DNA of 64,000 nt from an uncultured Verrucomicrobiota bacterium (GTDB taxonomy: Bacteria > Verrucomicrobiota > Verrucomicrobiia > Limisphaerales > UBA1319): positions 73,998-137,997 of the forward strand of contig CAZIDG010000001.1 of NCBI GenBank assembly GCA_964538065.1, read 5' to 3'. Each line of letters starts with the position of its first letter. The stretch's first letter is position 1. A program made the position numbers and the translations under genes. The notes below the pieces were generated by a model. That model worked only from the letters and a program-made list of their open reading frames with translations. It was not told the origin of the DNA and did not search any database. Shown here piece by piece: positions 18,790 through 27,361 of the stretch.

Positions 18790-19590
18790 TTGCCATTTAA
18801 CCATGCGATGCGTGAATGGCTCGACATCATTTTGTTAGGCATTATTGAAGGGGTGACCGAATTTTTGCCGGTCTCCTCGACTGGCCATCTGTTGCTGGCA
18901 GAGAAAATCCTGCCGCAACAGTCCGACGTTTTTAATATCGTCATCCAAAGCGCGGCCGTGTTGTCGGTGATCCTGGTGTTCAAGGACCGCGTGAAGCAAA
19001 TGGTCTTCCAGTGGCGTGATCCCGCCGTGCGTGATTATATCTTCAAGTTGCTGCTGGCCTTTGTGATCACCGGGGTGGGAGGGGTGCTGCTCAAGAAAGC
19101 CGGTCTCAAGTTGCCCAAGGATGCGGCCCCTGTGGCCTGGGCCACCCTGGTGGGCGGCGTGCTGTTTCTTGTCTTGGAAATGTGGTTGAAGAAACGTCCG
19201 AAAACAGACGCCATTTCATGGGTGGTAGTTGCCGCAAACGCCCTTGCTCAACTCGTGGCCGCTGTTTTCCCGGGCACATCGCGCAGCGGCGCATGCATTT
19301 TGTTTTCGCTTGCGTTGGGAGTGAGCCGTCCCGCTGCTGCGGAGTTCTCGTTCCTGTTGGGCGTGCCCACCTTGTTGTCGGCGGGCGCCTTGGAATTAGC
19401 GTCTGAATTTCTCAAAAAGGACGGAGCCCACGAGCCCCTGGGGTTGTTGTTACTGGGATGCGTGGTGGCGGGCGTCACAGCCTTCATTTCGGTCAAATGG
19501 CTCATGAGGTTCATTCAAACGCACACTTTCACGGGGTTTGGCTGGTACCGGATTGTCCTCGGCATTTTGATCCTCGTCATGCTGCGCTGA
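18790..19590 (+). CDS. uppP: undecaprenyl-diphosphate phosphatase
   Basis: Signature GIIEGVTEFLPVSSTGHL and second motif FPGTSRSGA in an 8-TM-like profile. An alternative start is ATG 18808. Confidence 0.9.
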   Translation: MPFNHAMREWLDIILLGIIEGVTEFLPVSSTGHLLLAEKILPQQSDVFNIVIQSAAVLSVILVFKDRVKQMVFQWRDPAVRDYIFKLLLAFVITGVGGVLLKKAGLKLPKDAAPVAWATLVGGVLFLVLEMWLKKRPKTDAISWVVVAANALAQLVAAVFPGTSRSGACILFSLALGVSRPAAAEFSFLLGVPTLLSAGALELASEFLKKDGAHEPLGLLLLGCVVAGVTAFISVKWLMRFIQTHTFTGFGWYRIVLGILILVMLR

Positions 19591-19675
19591 TTCGGCATCT
19601 TCGGCCGATCATTCCCGCATCTTGAAAAATCGATTCCCATGGCATGGGGAATGGGATAGGCTGATGCCAGATCAT

Positions 19676-20599
19676 ATGAATACGCTTGGCACTCGCCGTT
19701 CTTTTATCAAGCACGCTGCGCTCGCAAGTCTGGCCATGGCCGCGGCGCCCGTGTGGACACCTCTTGCCACTCAGGCTGTGGAACCGTTCAAGCGCCCCGG
19801 TCAGGCCCGCCTGGCCTTGAGCCTGGCAGCCTATTCGTTGCGGCAATACTTCGATCACAAGGATCCGGCCAAGCGAATCACCATGCTGGATTTCATCGAC
19901 TATTGCGCCGACCACGGCTGCGCTGGCGCCGAGGTGACCAGCTATTATTTTCCCAAGGCGCTTACGGAGGATTTCTTATTGCAGGTCCGCCGCCGCGCCT
20001 ATTTGCGCGGGGTGGCGCTCAGTGGCACCGCGGTTGGCAATAATTTCGTGCTCGCCAAGGGTCCCAAACGTGATGAGCAAATTGCGATGGTTAAGAAGTG
20101 GGTCGATCATTCGGCGGTCATGGGCCTGTCGCATATTCGTGTGTTTGCCGGACCGACTGGATCGATGCCCAAAGACGACGCCATTCGCTGCTGCATCGAG
20201 GCTCTCGAGGAGTGTGGCGAGTACGCGGGGCGCAAGGGAGTGTTTTTGGGTCTGGAAAACCATGGTGGCATTGTGGCCGATCCCGACGATCTCCTGGGGA
20301 TCATCAAGGCGGTCAAATGTCCCTGGGTGGGCATCAATCTCGATTCCGGCAATTTCCAGACGGACGATCCGTATGCCGACCTGGCCCGCTGCGTGCCCTA
20401 TGCTGTAAATGTGCAGATCAAGGTCGAGATCACCCCACGCGGGAAATCGAAGCAATGGTCCGACATTCCCCGTCTGGTCAAAATGCTGCGCGACGGCAAT
20501 TACCAGGGATATGTCGCCCTCGAATATGAGGCTGCCGAGGATCCTTTCACCGCTGTGCCTCGTTTCCTGAAAGCCATTCAGGACGCTCTGGCGGCCTAA
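19676..20599 (+). CDS. Tat-signal sugar phosphate isomerase/epimerase (xylose isomerase-like TIM barrel)
   Basis: Start placed at ATG 19676, giving MNTLGTRRSFIKHAALASLAMAAAP, a twin-arginine signal. The body has AP-endonuclease-2/xylose-isomerase-like TIM-barrel motifs (IRVFAG, LGLENHGG, INLDSGNF, ALEYE). Confidence 0.8.
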   Translation: MNTLGTRRSFIKHAALASLAMAAAPVWTPLATQAVEPFKRPGQARLALSLAAYSLRQYFDHKDPAKRITMLDFIDYCADHGCAGAEVTSYYFPKALTEDFLLQVRRRAYLRGVALSGTAVGNNFVLAKGPKRDEQIAMVKKWVDHSAVMGLSHIRVFAGPTGSMPKDDAIRCCIEALEECGEYAGRKGVFLGLENHGGIVADPDDLLGIIKAVKCPWVGINLDSGNFQTDDPYADLARCVPYAVNVQIKVEITPRGKSKQWSDIPRLVKMLRDGNYQGYVALEYEAAEDPFTAVPRFLKAIQDALAA

Positions 20600-20610
20600 A
20601 AAACGTTTGC

Positions 20611-21045
20611 ATGGATAACGAGAATGTGGTCATTCACCCTTCCCGCATCCAGGGCATGGGTGGATTTGCCCGGCGCCCTTTGGCACGTGGGACGCACGTG
20701 ATCGAATACGTGGGGCGCAAGATCCTCAAGGCCGAATCCCTGATCGAGTGCGAACGAGACAACGAATACGTGTTCGCGCTCGATGATCAGTATGACCTGG
20801 ATGGCAATGTGGACTGGAATCCCGCAAGGTTCCTCAATCACAGTTGTTCGCCCAATTGCGAGGCGGAGTTGATCGAGGGACACATCTGGATCACCGCCTT
20901 GCGAGACATTATGGAAGACGAGGAACTCACGTTTGACTATGGGTATGATCTTGTGGATTACAAGGATCATCCTTGTCATTGCGGGGCGCCCAATTGCTAT
21001 GGGTACATTGTTTCAGCCGAACTTCGAAAAACGAAAGCCGATTAA
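20611..21045 (+). CDS. SET-domain protein (putative protein lysine methyltransferase)
   Basis: 144 aa with [19 protein letters not shown] and the post-SET cysteine motif CHCGAPNC. Confidence 0.85.
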   Translation: MDNENVVIHPSRIQGMGGFARRPLARGTHVIEYVGRKILKAESLIECERDNEYVFALDDQYDLDGNVDWNPARFLNHSCSPNCEAELIEGHIWITALRDIMEDEELTFDYGYDLVDYKDHPCHCGAPNCYGYIVSAELRKTKAD

Positions 21046-23603
21046 TGGATAATCCCCTTTACCGTCTGTTACCCAAGGGTGACCGCATTACCTCCGACGA
21101 TCTTTTGGACCGTTTCCTGCAATATGTCGATGAGAAGGGGCTTCAGTTGTACACGACCCAGGAGGAGGCCGTTCTTGCCTTGTTTGAAGGGTCCAATGTG
21201 ATTTTGAACACGCCCACCGGCTCAGGGAAGTCGCTTGTGGCCACGGCGCTCCATTTCAAGGGGCTCGCCGAGGGCCGCCGGTCGGTCTATACGTGCCCGA
21301 TCAAGGCGTTGGTGAATGAGAAATTTCTCGCTCTGTGCCGGGAATTTGGCCCGGAACAGGTCGGCATGAGCACCGGCGATGCCACAGTCAATCGCGACGC
21401 TCCCATTCTGTGCTGCACGGCGGAGGTGCTTGCCAATATCGCCCTCAGGGAAGGTGACAAGGCGGACGTCGGCGAAGTCATCATGGACGAGTTCCATTAT
21501 TATGCCGATCGCGAGCGGGGTGTGGCCTGGCAGGTGCCTTTGCTGACCCTGCCGCAGGCGCGGTTTCTGCTGATGTCCGCAACACTCGGGGACACGACCT
21601 TTTTTGAACGGGAATTAACATCATTGAATGGCCGTTCGACCGTGGTGGTGCAATCGCACAGCCGTCCCGTACCGCTCGAGTTCAAGTACTCGGAAACGCT
21701 CCTGGAACATGCCATTGAGGAGCTTGTGGCGGAAGGCAAGGCGCCCATCTACATCGTGCATTTCACCCAGATGGAGGCGGCGGAATCCGCACAAAATTTC
21801 CTGAGCTTGAATTTCTGCACCCGAGAGGAGAAAAGCGCCATCGCCGACGCCCTGGCCGGGTTCAAATTCACCAGCCCGTATGGTCCTGACATTCGCAAGT
21901 ACCTCAAGCATGGCGTGGGACTTCATCATGCGGGGCTGCTGCCCAAGTACCGCGTGCTCGTGGAGCAATTGGCTCAGCGTGGCTGGCTCAAGGTCATTTG
22001 CGGCACCGACACCCTCGGGGTCGGGATCAATGTGCCCTTGCGCACGGTCCTGTTCACCCGGCTGTGCAAATATGACGGCCAGAAGACCGGCATTCTTACC
22101 GCCCGTGATTTTCATCAGATCGCGGGGCGTGCGGGACGCAAGGGTTTCGACGACAAGGGATGGGTGGTCGTTCAGGCTCCCGAACACATCATTGAGAATC
22201 TCCAGTTGGAGCAAAAATGCGCGGGGGATCCGAAAAAACTGCGCAAGATCGTCAAACGCAAACCGCCCGAAAAGGGTTTTGTTTCCTGGAACAAGGACAC
22301 CTTTAACCGCCTCCTGGGTGCCAAACCCGAACAGTTGACCTCGCGCTTCCAGGTCACCCACGGCATGATGCTTAACGTCATGAGCCGCGATGGTGACGGC
22401 TGCCTGGCCATGCAGGATCTCATCCGGCGCTGCCACGAATCGCCCAACGCCAAGAACGCGCATCGCAAGCGCGCCTGGCAGTTGTTCCGATCCCTGGTGG
22501 AGCGGCGCATCATCGAGTTCATACCCCGCACCGAAACAGGTCGTTACATGCGGGTTAATGTCGATTTGCAGGACGATTTTTCGCTCGATCAAACACTCTC
22601 ATTGTACGTTCTCGATACAATTCGCCTGCTGGATCCTGCCGCGCCGGATTACGCGCTGGATCTTCTGACCGTCGTCGAGTCCATCCAGGAGAATCCTGAC
22701 ATCATCCTCCGCAAGCAGCTCGATCAGGTGAAGACGGAGAAAATGACCGAGATGAAAATGCAGGGGATGGATTACGAGCAACGCATGGCCGAACTGGAGT
22801 TGCTCGAGTATCCCAAGCCGAAGCGGGAATTCATTTACAGCACGTTCAACGCCTTCTCGGACAAGCATCCGTGGGTGGGCCAGGAAAACATCCGGCCCAA
22901 ATCCATCGTGCGCGAAATGTTCGAGCAGTTCATGTCGTTCGCCGATTACATCCGCGCCTATGAATTGCAGCGCGCCGAAGGCGTCCTGCTGCGTTATTTG
23001 TCGCAGGTCTATAAAGCGTTGTGCCAGACCGTGCCTGACGCCGCCAAAACCGACGTGGTTCGCGAGATGGAAACCTATCTTCAGACTATGATCCGGTCGG
23101 TGGACTCGAGCTTGCTCGATGAATGGGAGCGTTTGCGCAATCCCAATTATGTTCCTCGTGAGACCGCTGGAGAGGAGGCCCTGCCGGAACAACCCGAGGA
23201 CATCACGCGCAACCGGAAAAACTTCACCGCGCTGATTCGCAACAATGTGTTTGCCATCGTGCGCGCCCTGGCCACTGACAATTACGAAGCCGTGCTTGCA
23301 GCCCTGGACACACCTGCTGATCTGGATGGAAATCCCTGGACCCTGGACCGGTTGGCAAAAATCATGGATGCCTATTATGTGGACCATAAGCGCATTCTGC
23401 TCGATCCCAACGCCCGCAATATCCGGCACACCTATGTCCAGCCGGCCGAGGATGGCCGTTCGTGGCGGGTTCAGCAGATTCTCGTGGATCCGGAGGAGCA
23501 CAACGACTGGATGCTCGATTTCCACATCGATCTTGCCCGTGCCCGTGAACTCAACCAGCCCGTGCTGCAACTCCGCAGCCTTGGGCCGGTGAGCCAGTTG
23601 TGA
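21045..23603 (+). CDS. superfamily-2 DEAD/DEAH-box helicase, Ski2-like, with long C-terminal DUF3516-like region
   Basis: Start ATG 21045 shares one nucleotide with the SET stop (TAATG). Walker [10 protein letters not shown], motif II MDEFH, motif III SAT and motif [13 protein letters not shown], followed by ~400 aa of C-terminal helical region. Confidence 0.85.
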   Translation: MDNPLYRLLPKGDRITSDDLLDRFLQYVDEKGLQLYTTQEEAVLALFEGSNVILNTPTGSGKSLVATALHFKGLAEGRRSVYTCPIKALVNEKFLALCREFGPEQVGMSTGDATVNRDAPILCCTAEVLANIALREGDKADVGEVIMDEFHYYADRERGVAWQVPLLTLPQARFLLMSATLGDTTFFERELTSLNGRSTVVVQSHSRPVPLEFKYSETLLEHAIEELVAEGKAPIYIVHFTQMEAAESAQNFLSLNFCTREEKSAIADALAGFKFTSPYGPDIRKYLKHGVGLHHAGLLPKYRVLVEQLAQRGWLKVICGTDTLGVGINVPLRTVLFTRLCKYDGQKTGILTARDFHQIAGRAGRKGFDDKGWVVVQAPEHIIENLQLEQKCAGDPKKLRKIVKRKPPEKGFVSWNKDTFNRLLGAKPEQLTSRFQVTHGMMLNVMSRDGDGCLAMQDLIRRCHESPNAKNAHRKRAWQLFRSLVERRIIEFIPRTETGRYMRVNVDLQDDFSLDQTLSLYVLDTIRLLDPAAPDYALDLLTVVESIQENPDIILRKQLDQVKTEKMTEMKMQGMDYEQRMAELELLEYPKPKREFIYSTFNAFSDKHPWVGQENIRPKSIVREMFEQFMSFADYIRAYELQRAEGVLLRYLSQVYKALCQTVPDAAKTDVVREMETYLQTMIRSVDSSLLDEWERLRNPNYVPRETAGEEALPEQPEDITRNRKNFTALIRNNVFAIVRALATDNYEAVLAALDTPADLDGNPWTLDRLAKIMDAYYVDHKRILLDPNARNIRHTYVQPAEDGRSWRVQQILVDPEEHNDWMLDFHIDLARARELNQPVLQLRSLGPVSQL

Positions 23604-23649
23604 CCCATGCGCGATATCCGATGACAATATCCTGTAATCAAGAGCTATT

Positions 23650-24069
23650 ATGAAATCTCTGACTGATTATCTGTGGTTCGAGGTCCCCCAACGGCGGGGC
23701 TTTATCAATATTACCTCCACTGTGGAAAAACTGCTGCACAAGAGCGGCGTCAAGGAGGGGCTTTGTCTCGTCAACGCCATGCATATCACCGCGTCGGTGT
23801 TCATCAACGACGACGAAAGTGGTTTACATCACGATTACGATGTCTGGCTTGAGAAGTTGGCGCCTCATGAGCCCGTTTCCCAATATCAGCACAATCGCAC
23901 GGGCGAGGACAATGCGGATGCTCACATGAAACGCCAGATCATGGGCCGCGAGGTCGTGGTGGCGATCACCCAGGGGCGTCTTGATCTGGGGCCTTGGGAG
24001 CAGATCTTTTACGGCGAATTTGATGGGAACCGCCGTAAGCGTGTGCTGGTCAAGATTATCGGTGAGTAG
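23650..24069 (+). CDS. YjbQ/UPF0047-family protein (secondary thiamine-phosphate synthase-like)
   Basis: 139 aa. [52 protein letters not shown] and [14 protein letters not shown] are typical of the YjbQ family. Confidence 0.8.
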   Translation: MKSLTDYLWFEVPQRRGFINITSTVEKLLHKSGVKEGLCLVNAMHITASVFINDDESGLHHDYDVWLEKLAPHEPVSQYQHNRTGEDNADAHMKRQIMGREVVVAITQGRLDLGPWEQIFYGEFDGNRRKRVLVKIIGE

Positions 24070-24171
24070 TGCCATCCTCGTGCCAGCCGGCGTTTAAGGC
24101 ATGCGTAGGGAGCCCTTACCGGCGGATGTCATTGCATTGCAACGGGGGCTTGGTGTATTAAAGTGTCAGCC

Positions 24172-25053
24172 ATGAATTTACATCATACTGTCAAAGCGGG
24201 TTTTGTCGCAGGAATGCTCGGACTCCTGCTGACGACTTCGTCCATCTTTGCCGAAACGCCCACGGCCTTGCGCCTGTGGCCTCAAGCCGCACCGGGCGCG
24301 CTGGGCAACGAGGATAAGGATATTCCGACCATCACGCCTTATCTGCCCGAGGAGGGTAAGGGCACCGGTGCTGCGATCGTGATTCTGCCTGGCGGAGGAT
24401 ACGGCGGGTTGGCCCCCTATGAAGGGGAGGGCTATGCGGTTTGGTTGAAGGAACATGGAATAGCCGGATTGGTGGTCAAATACCGTCTGGGCAGCCATGG
24501 CTATCGTCACCCCATCATGCTCCAGGATGCCGGTCGGGCGGTACGTTTTGCTCGTTCCAAAGCGGCTGAGTGGAAGCTTGATCCGAAGCGCATCGGAATC
24601 ATGGGATCCTCGGCAGGTGGCCACTTGGCCTCGACAGTCGTGACTCATTTCGACGATGGCAAGCCCGACGCCGCTGATCCGGTGGATCGTTTCAGCTCGC
24701 GTCCCGATTTGGGCATCCTCTGCTACCCTGTGATCACCATGGGGGATGATACCCACAAGGGATCCCGTGCCAACCTGCTCGGCGACAAGCCTTCCCAGGA
24801 GTTGATCGATTATTTGTCCAATGAGAAGCAGGTCAAGACCAACACCCCGCCTTGCTTTGTGTGGCACACATGGGAAGACTCCGCAGTCAAGGTGGAGAAC
24901 AGTCTCGAATTTGCCGCCGCGTTGCGCCGGCAAGGGGTGCCCTTTGATTTGCACATCTACCAAAAAGGAGCCCATGGCATGGGATTGGGGCAAAATCACC
25001 CCTGGCCCCAGGATTTGCTGTTCTGGCTTAAGGTGCAAGGATTTGTGAAGTAA
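24172..25053 (+). CDS. secreted alpha/beta hydrolase (esterase/lipase, Aes/HSL-like)
   Basis: ORF-track start 24163 is GTG. ATG 24172 gives the signal peptide MNLHHTVKAGFVAGMLGLLLTTSSIFA. Oxyanion motif LPGGGYGG and nucleophile elbow GSSAGGH. Confidence 0.8.
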   Translation: MNLHHTVKAGFVAGMLGLLLTTSSIFAETPTALRLWPQAAPGALGNEDKDIPTITPYLPEEGKGTGAAIVILPGGGYGGLAPYEGEGYAVWLKEHGIAGLVVKYRLGSHGYRHPIMLQDAGRAVRFARSKAAEWKLDPKRIGIMGSSAGGHLASTVVTHFDDGKPDAADPVDRFSSRPDLGILCYPVITMGDDTHKGSRANLLGDKPSQELIDYLSNEKQVKTNTPPCFVWHTWEDSAVKVENSLEFAAALRRQGVPFDLHIYQKGAHGMGLGQNHPWPQDLLFWLKVQGFVK

Positions 25054-25071
25054 TACAGTTCCTTTGGAATC

Positions 25072-25109
25072 AAGGCTGCAATCGCTTGAAGACGGTTGCA
25101 GCCTTTTTT
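25072..25109 (+). terminator. rho-independent terminator of the esterase gene
   Basis: 10-bp stem aaggctgcaa (25072-25081) / ttgcagcctt (25096-25105) followed by TTTT. Confidence 0.7.
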
Positions 25110-25207
25110 CGTAATGGCTTGGTTTGGAGTGTGATGCAAAGCATTCGTGACACCGGTTTTTCTTCTGCTTGCCAACGCTTCTGGTCGGCCTAAACTGCGC
25201 GCCCGCA

Positions 25208-27238
25208 ATGGTTGATTTAAGCACTCTCAACCCCCAGCAGAGAATCGCGGTCGAAACGATCAAGGGTCCCGTGCTCATCCTGGCCGGCGCCGGCACAGGC
25301 AAGACACGGGTTATCACGTATCGTATCGCCCACATGCTCAGTTGTGGGGTGGCTCCCGGGAATATCCTGGCGGTGACCTTCACGAACAAGGCGGCCCGGG
25401 AAATGAAGGAGCGCGTCAACCAGTTGGTGCCGCGTCAGGCTCGCAAAGGCGCCAAGGAGGAGGAGGGGGAATCCATGGTGATCTCAACCTTCCATTCCCT
25501 GGGGGCTCGCATCCTTCGCCGTTATATTGATCGGTTGGGTTACAAGCGTGACTTCGTCATCTATAACGATTCCGAGCAGGTCGCCGTTGTAAAGAAACTG
25601 CTGGCCCAGATCTCGAGCGAGGCGCGCAAGGTGGATCCCATGTCTGTGCTTGGCATGCTCAGCCGGATGAAGAATGCCGCGAATGTCTCCGCCTTGGATT
25701 CCGAGGAGTCCGCCATGGCCAGCCATATCCGCTCACGTTATGAGACGGCTCTCCACGCCTGCAACGCAGTCGATTTTGACGATTTGATCGTGCTTACCCT
25801 GAAACTCTTTCGTGAACATCCGGATGTTCTGGAGGCCTGCCGTGCGCGTTTTCGCTACGTCATGGTGGACGAGTACCAGGACACCAATGGCGCTCAATTC
25901 GAGTTCGTGAATCACCTTACCCAGGTGCATCGCAACCTGTGCGTGGTGGGGGATGACGACCAGAGCATTTATGGCTGGCGCGGGGCGGAGATTGCCAATC
26001 TCCTGGACCTTGAGAAGCATTATCCCGAGGTCAAGGTCATCAAGTTGGAGCAGAACTACCGCTCGACGAGTATCATCCTCAACGCCGCGAATGCGGTCAT
26101 CAAGCACAACAGTCGCCGCCGTGCCAAACAGCTCTGGTCCAAAAAGGGCGAAGGCCAGAAAATCACGTTGTTTGCCTTTGAAAACGAAGAGGAGGAGGCC
26201 GCTCAGATCGTGAGCGACATCGAGTGCGATCGCATGGCCCGGAAGATTCCCTGGGGCGAGCGCGCCATCCTTTTTCGCACCAACCAGCAATCCCGCCCGT
26301 TGGAAACCGCCTTGCGCAAGGCGAATGTCCGCTATCACCTGATCGGAGGCCAAAGCTATTTCGACCGTCGCGAGGTCAAGGATGTCATCGCTTATCTCAA
26401 GATGTTCTTGAATCCACATGATGACAATTCGCTCCTGCGGATTGCGAATGTGCCTCCCCGGGGCTTGAGCGATGTCACCATGGAGCGGTTGCTGACCACC
26501 AGTCAGGAACGCAAAAGTTCGGTGTTCTCGACCATGCGGCATACGGATGTCCTGGCCGGGCACCAGACCCGTATCAAGGAAGCCATCAACGAGTTCGTGC
26601 GGTTGGTGGAAACGCAGCGTGAGGCCATGAACCAGGTGGGTCATGGATCCCTCATGCAGTGGATGGAGCGGTTTCTGAAGAACATCGGCTATATCGATGA
26701 CCTGCGGCGCGGTGAGAAAAATCCCGAGGTCGCTGAGAACCGCGTGCGCAATCTCAAAGATCTACTGGCTTCACTCGACGATGCTTCGCTGGGGGCAGCC
26801 GCACCGGCTGAGCGCATTCAAACCTTTTTGGAGAACGTCACCCTGGACAGCTCGCGCGAGGAGGAAAAGGAGGAGGCCGGGGATGCCGTGACGTTGATCA
26901 CCATGCACAGTTGCAAGGGGTTGGAATACCCGCATGTGCATGTGGTCGGTCTGGAGGAGGGCCTCCTGCCGCATTCGCGCTCGGCCCTCGAAAACTCGCT
27001 CGATGAGGAGCGCCGGTTGTTCTATGTAGCCATCACCCGGGCGATGAAAACACTCACGCTAAGCTACTGTGATGGCCGGAAAAAGTACGGTCAGGTCATG
27101 CCCTGCCACCCGTCACGGTTCATCAAGGAACTCCCCGGCGAGTTGCTGGATTGGGCCGATCCCAAAGCCAGCCAGCCCGTGAAAGCCGAAGCGGGCAAGA
27201 GTCTCTTTGCGGCCATGCGGGCGGCTATTGGAGATTAA
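25208..27238 (+). CDS. uvrD: ATP-dependent DNA helicase, UvrD/PcrA/Rep family
   Basis: LNPQQRIAVE, Walker A AGAGTGKT, VDEYQDTN, GDDDQSIYGWRGA, and the C-terminal MHSCKGLEYPHVHV and LFYVAITRA motifs. Start placed at ATG 25208. Confidence 0.9.
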   Translation: MVDLSTLNPQQRIAVETIKGPVLILAGAGTGKTRVITYRIAHMLSCGVAPGNILAVTFTNKAAREMKERVNQLVPRQARKGAKEEEGESMVISTFHSLGARILRRYIDRLGYKRDFVIYNDSEQVAVVKKLLAQISSEARKVDPMSVLGMLSRMKNAANVSALDSEESAMASHIRSRYETALHACNAVDFDDLIVLTLKLFREHPDVLEACRARFRYVMVDEYQDTNGAQFEFVNHLTQVHRNLCVVGDDDQSIYGWRGAEIANLLDLEKHYPEVKVIKLEQNYRSTSIILNAANAVIKHNSRRRAKQLWSKKGEGQKITLFAFENEEEEAAQIVSDIECDRMARKIPWGERAILFRTNQQSRPLETALRKANVRYHLIGGQSYFDRREVKDVIAYLKMFLNPHDDNSLLRIANVPPRGLSDVTMERLLTTSQERKSSVFSTMRHTDVLAGHQTRIKEAINEFVRLVETQREAMNQVGHGSLMQWMERFLKNIGYIDDLRRGEKNPEVAENRVRNLKDLLASLDDASLGAAAPAERIQTFLENVTLDSSREEEKEEAGDAVTLITMHSCKGLEYPHVHVVGLEEGLLPHSRSALENSLDEERRLFYVAITRAMKTLTLSYCDGRKKYGQVMPCHPSRFIKELPGELLDWADPKASQPVKAEAGKSLFAAMRAAIGD

Positions 27239-27361
27239 CCGCCTACACTCCACTTGGCCCTCGGGCGAGTTTCATTCAATGCCCGTCTCAGCAGCGAGGA
27301 TATAAAGGCCGTCACAGTATCCCGCACGGGGACACCGTGGCAGCCTCCAAGTCATGTTCCA

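Noticed and set aside
21621-23627. Two long minus-strand ORFs (323 and 342 aa) opposite the Ski2-like helicase
   Set aside because: They are shadow frames of a gene carrying complete helicase motifs I-VI. They have no motifs of their own and a biased composition.
24178-25419. 413-aa minus-strand ORF spanning the esterase gene and the uvrD 5' region
   Set aside because: It is antisense to two well-supported genes and crosses their intergenic terminator. Its composition is Arg/Gly/His/Pro-rich and low in complexity, typical of shadow ORFs in GC-rich DNA, and it has no recognisable motif.
25208-27238. UvrD-family helicase as part of a Gabija-like (GajB) or other defence module
   Set aside because: There is no OLD/ATPase-nuclease partner. 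The neighbours are an esterase with its own terminator and a convergent ankyrin gene. The full UvrD/PcrA housekeeping motif set is present.
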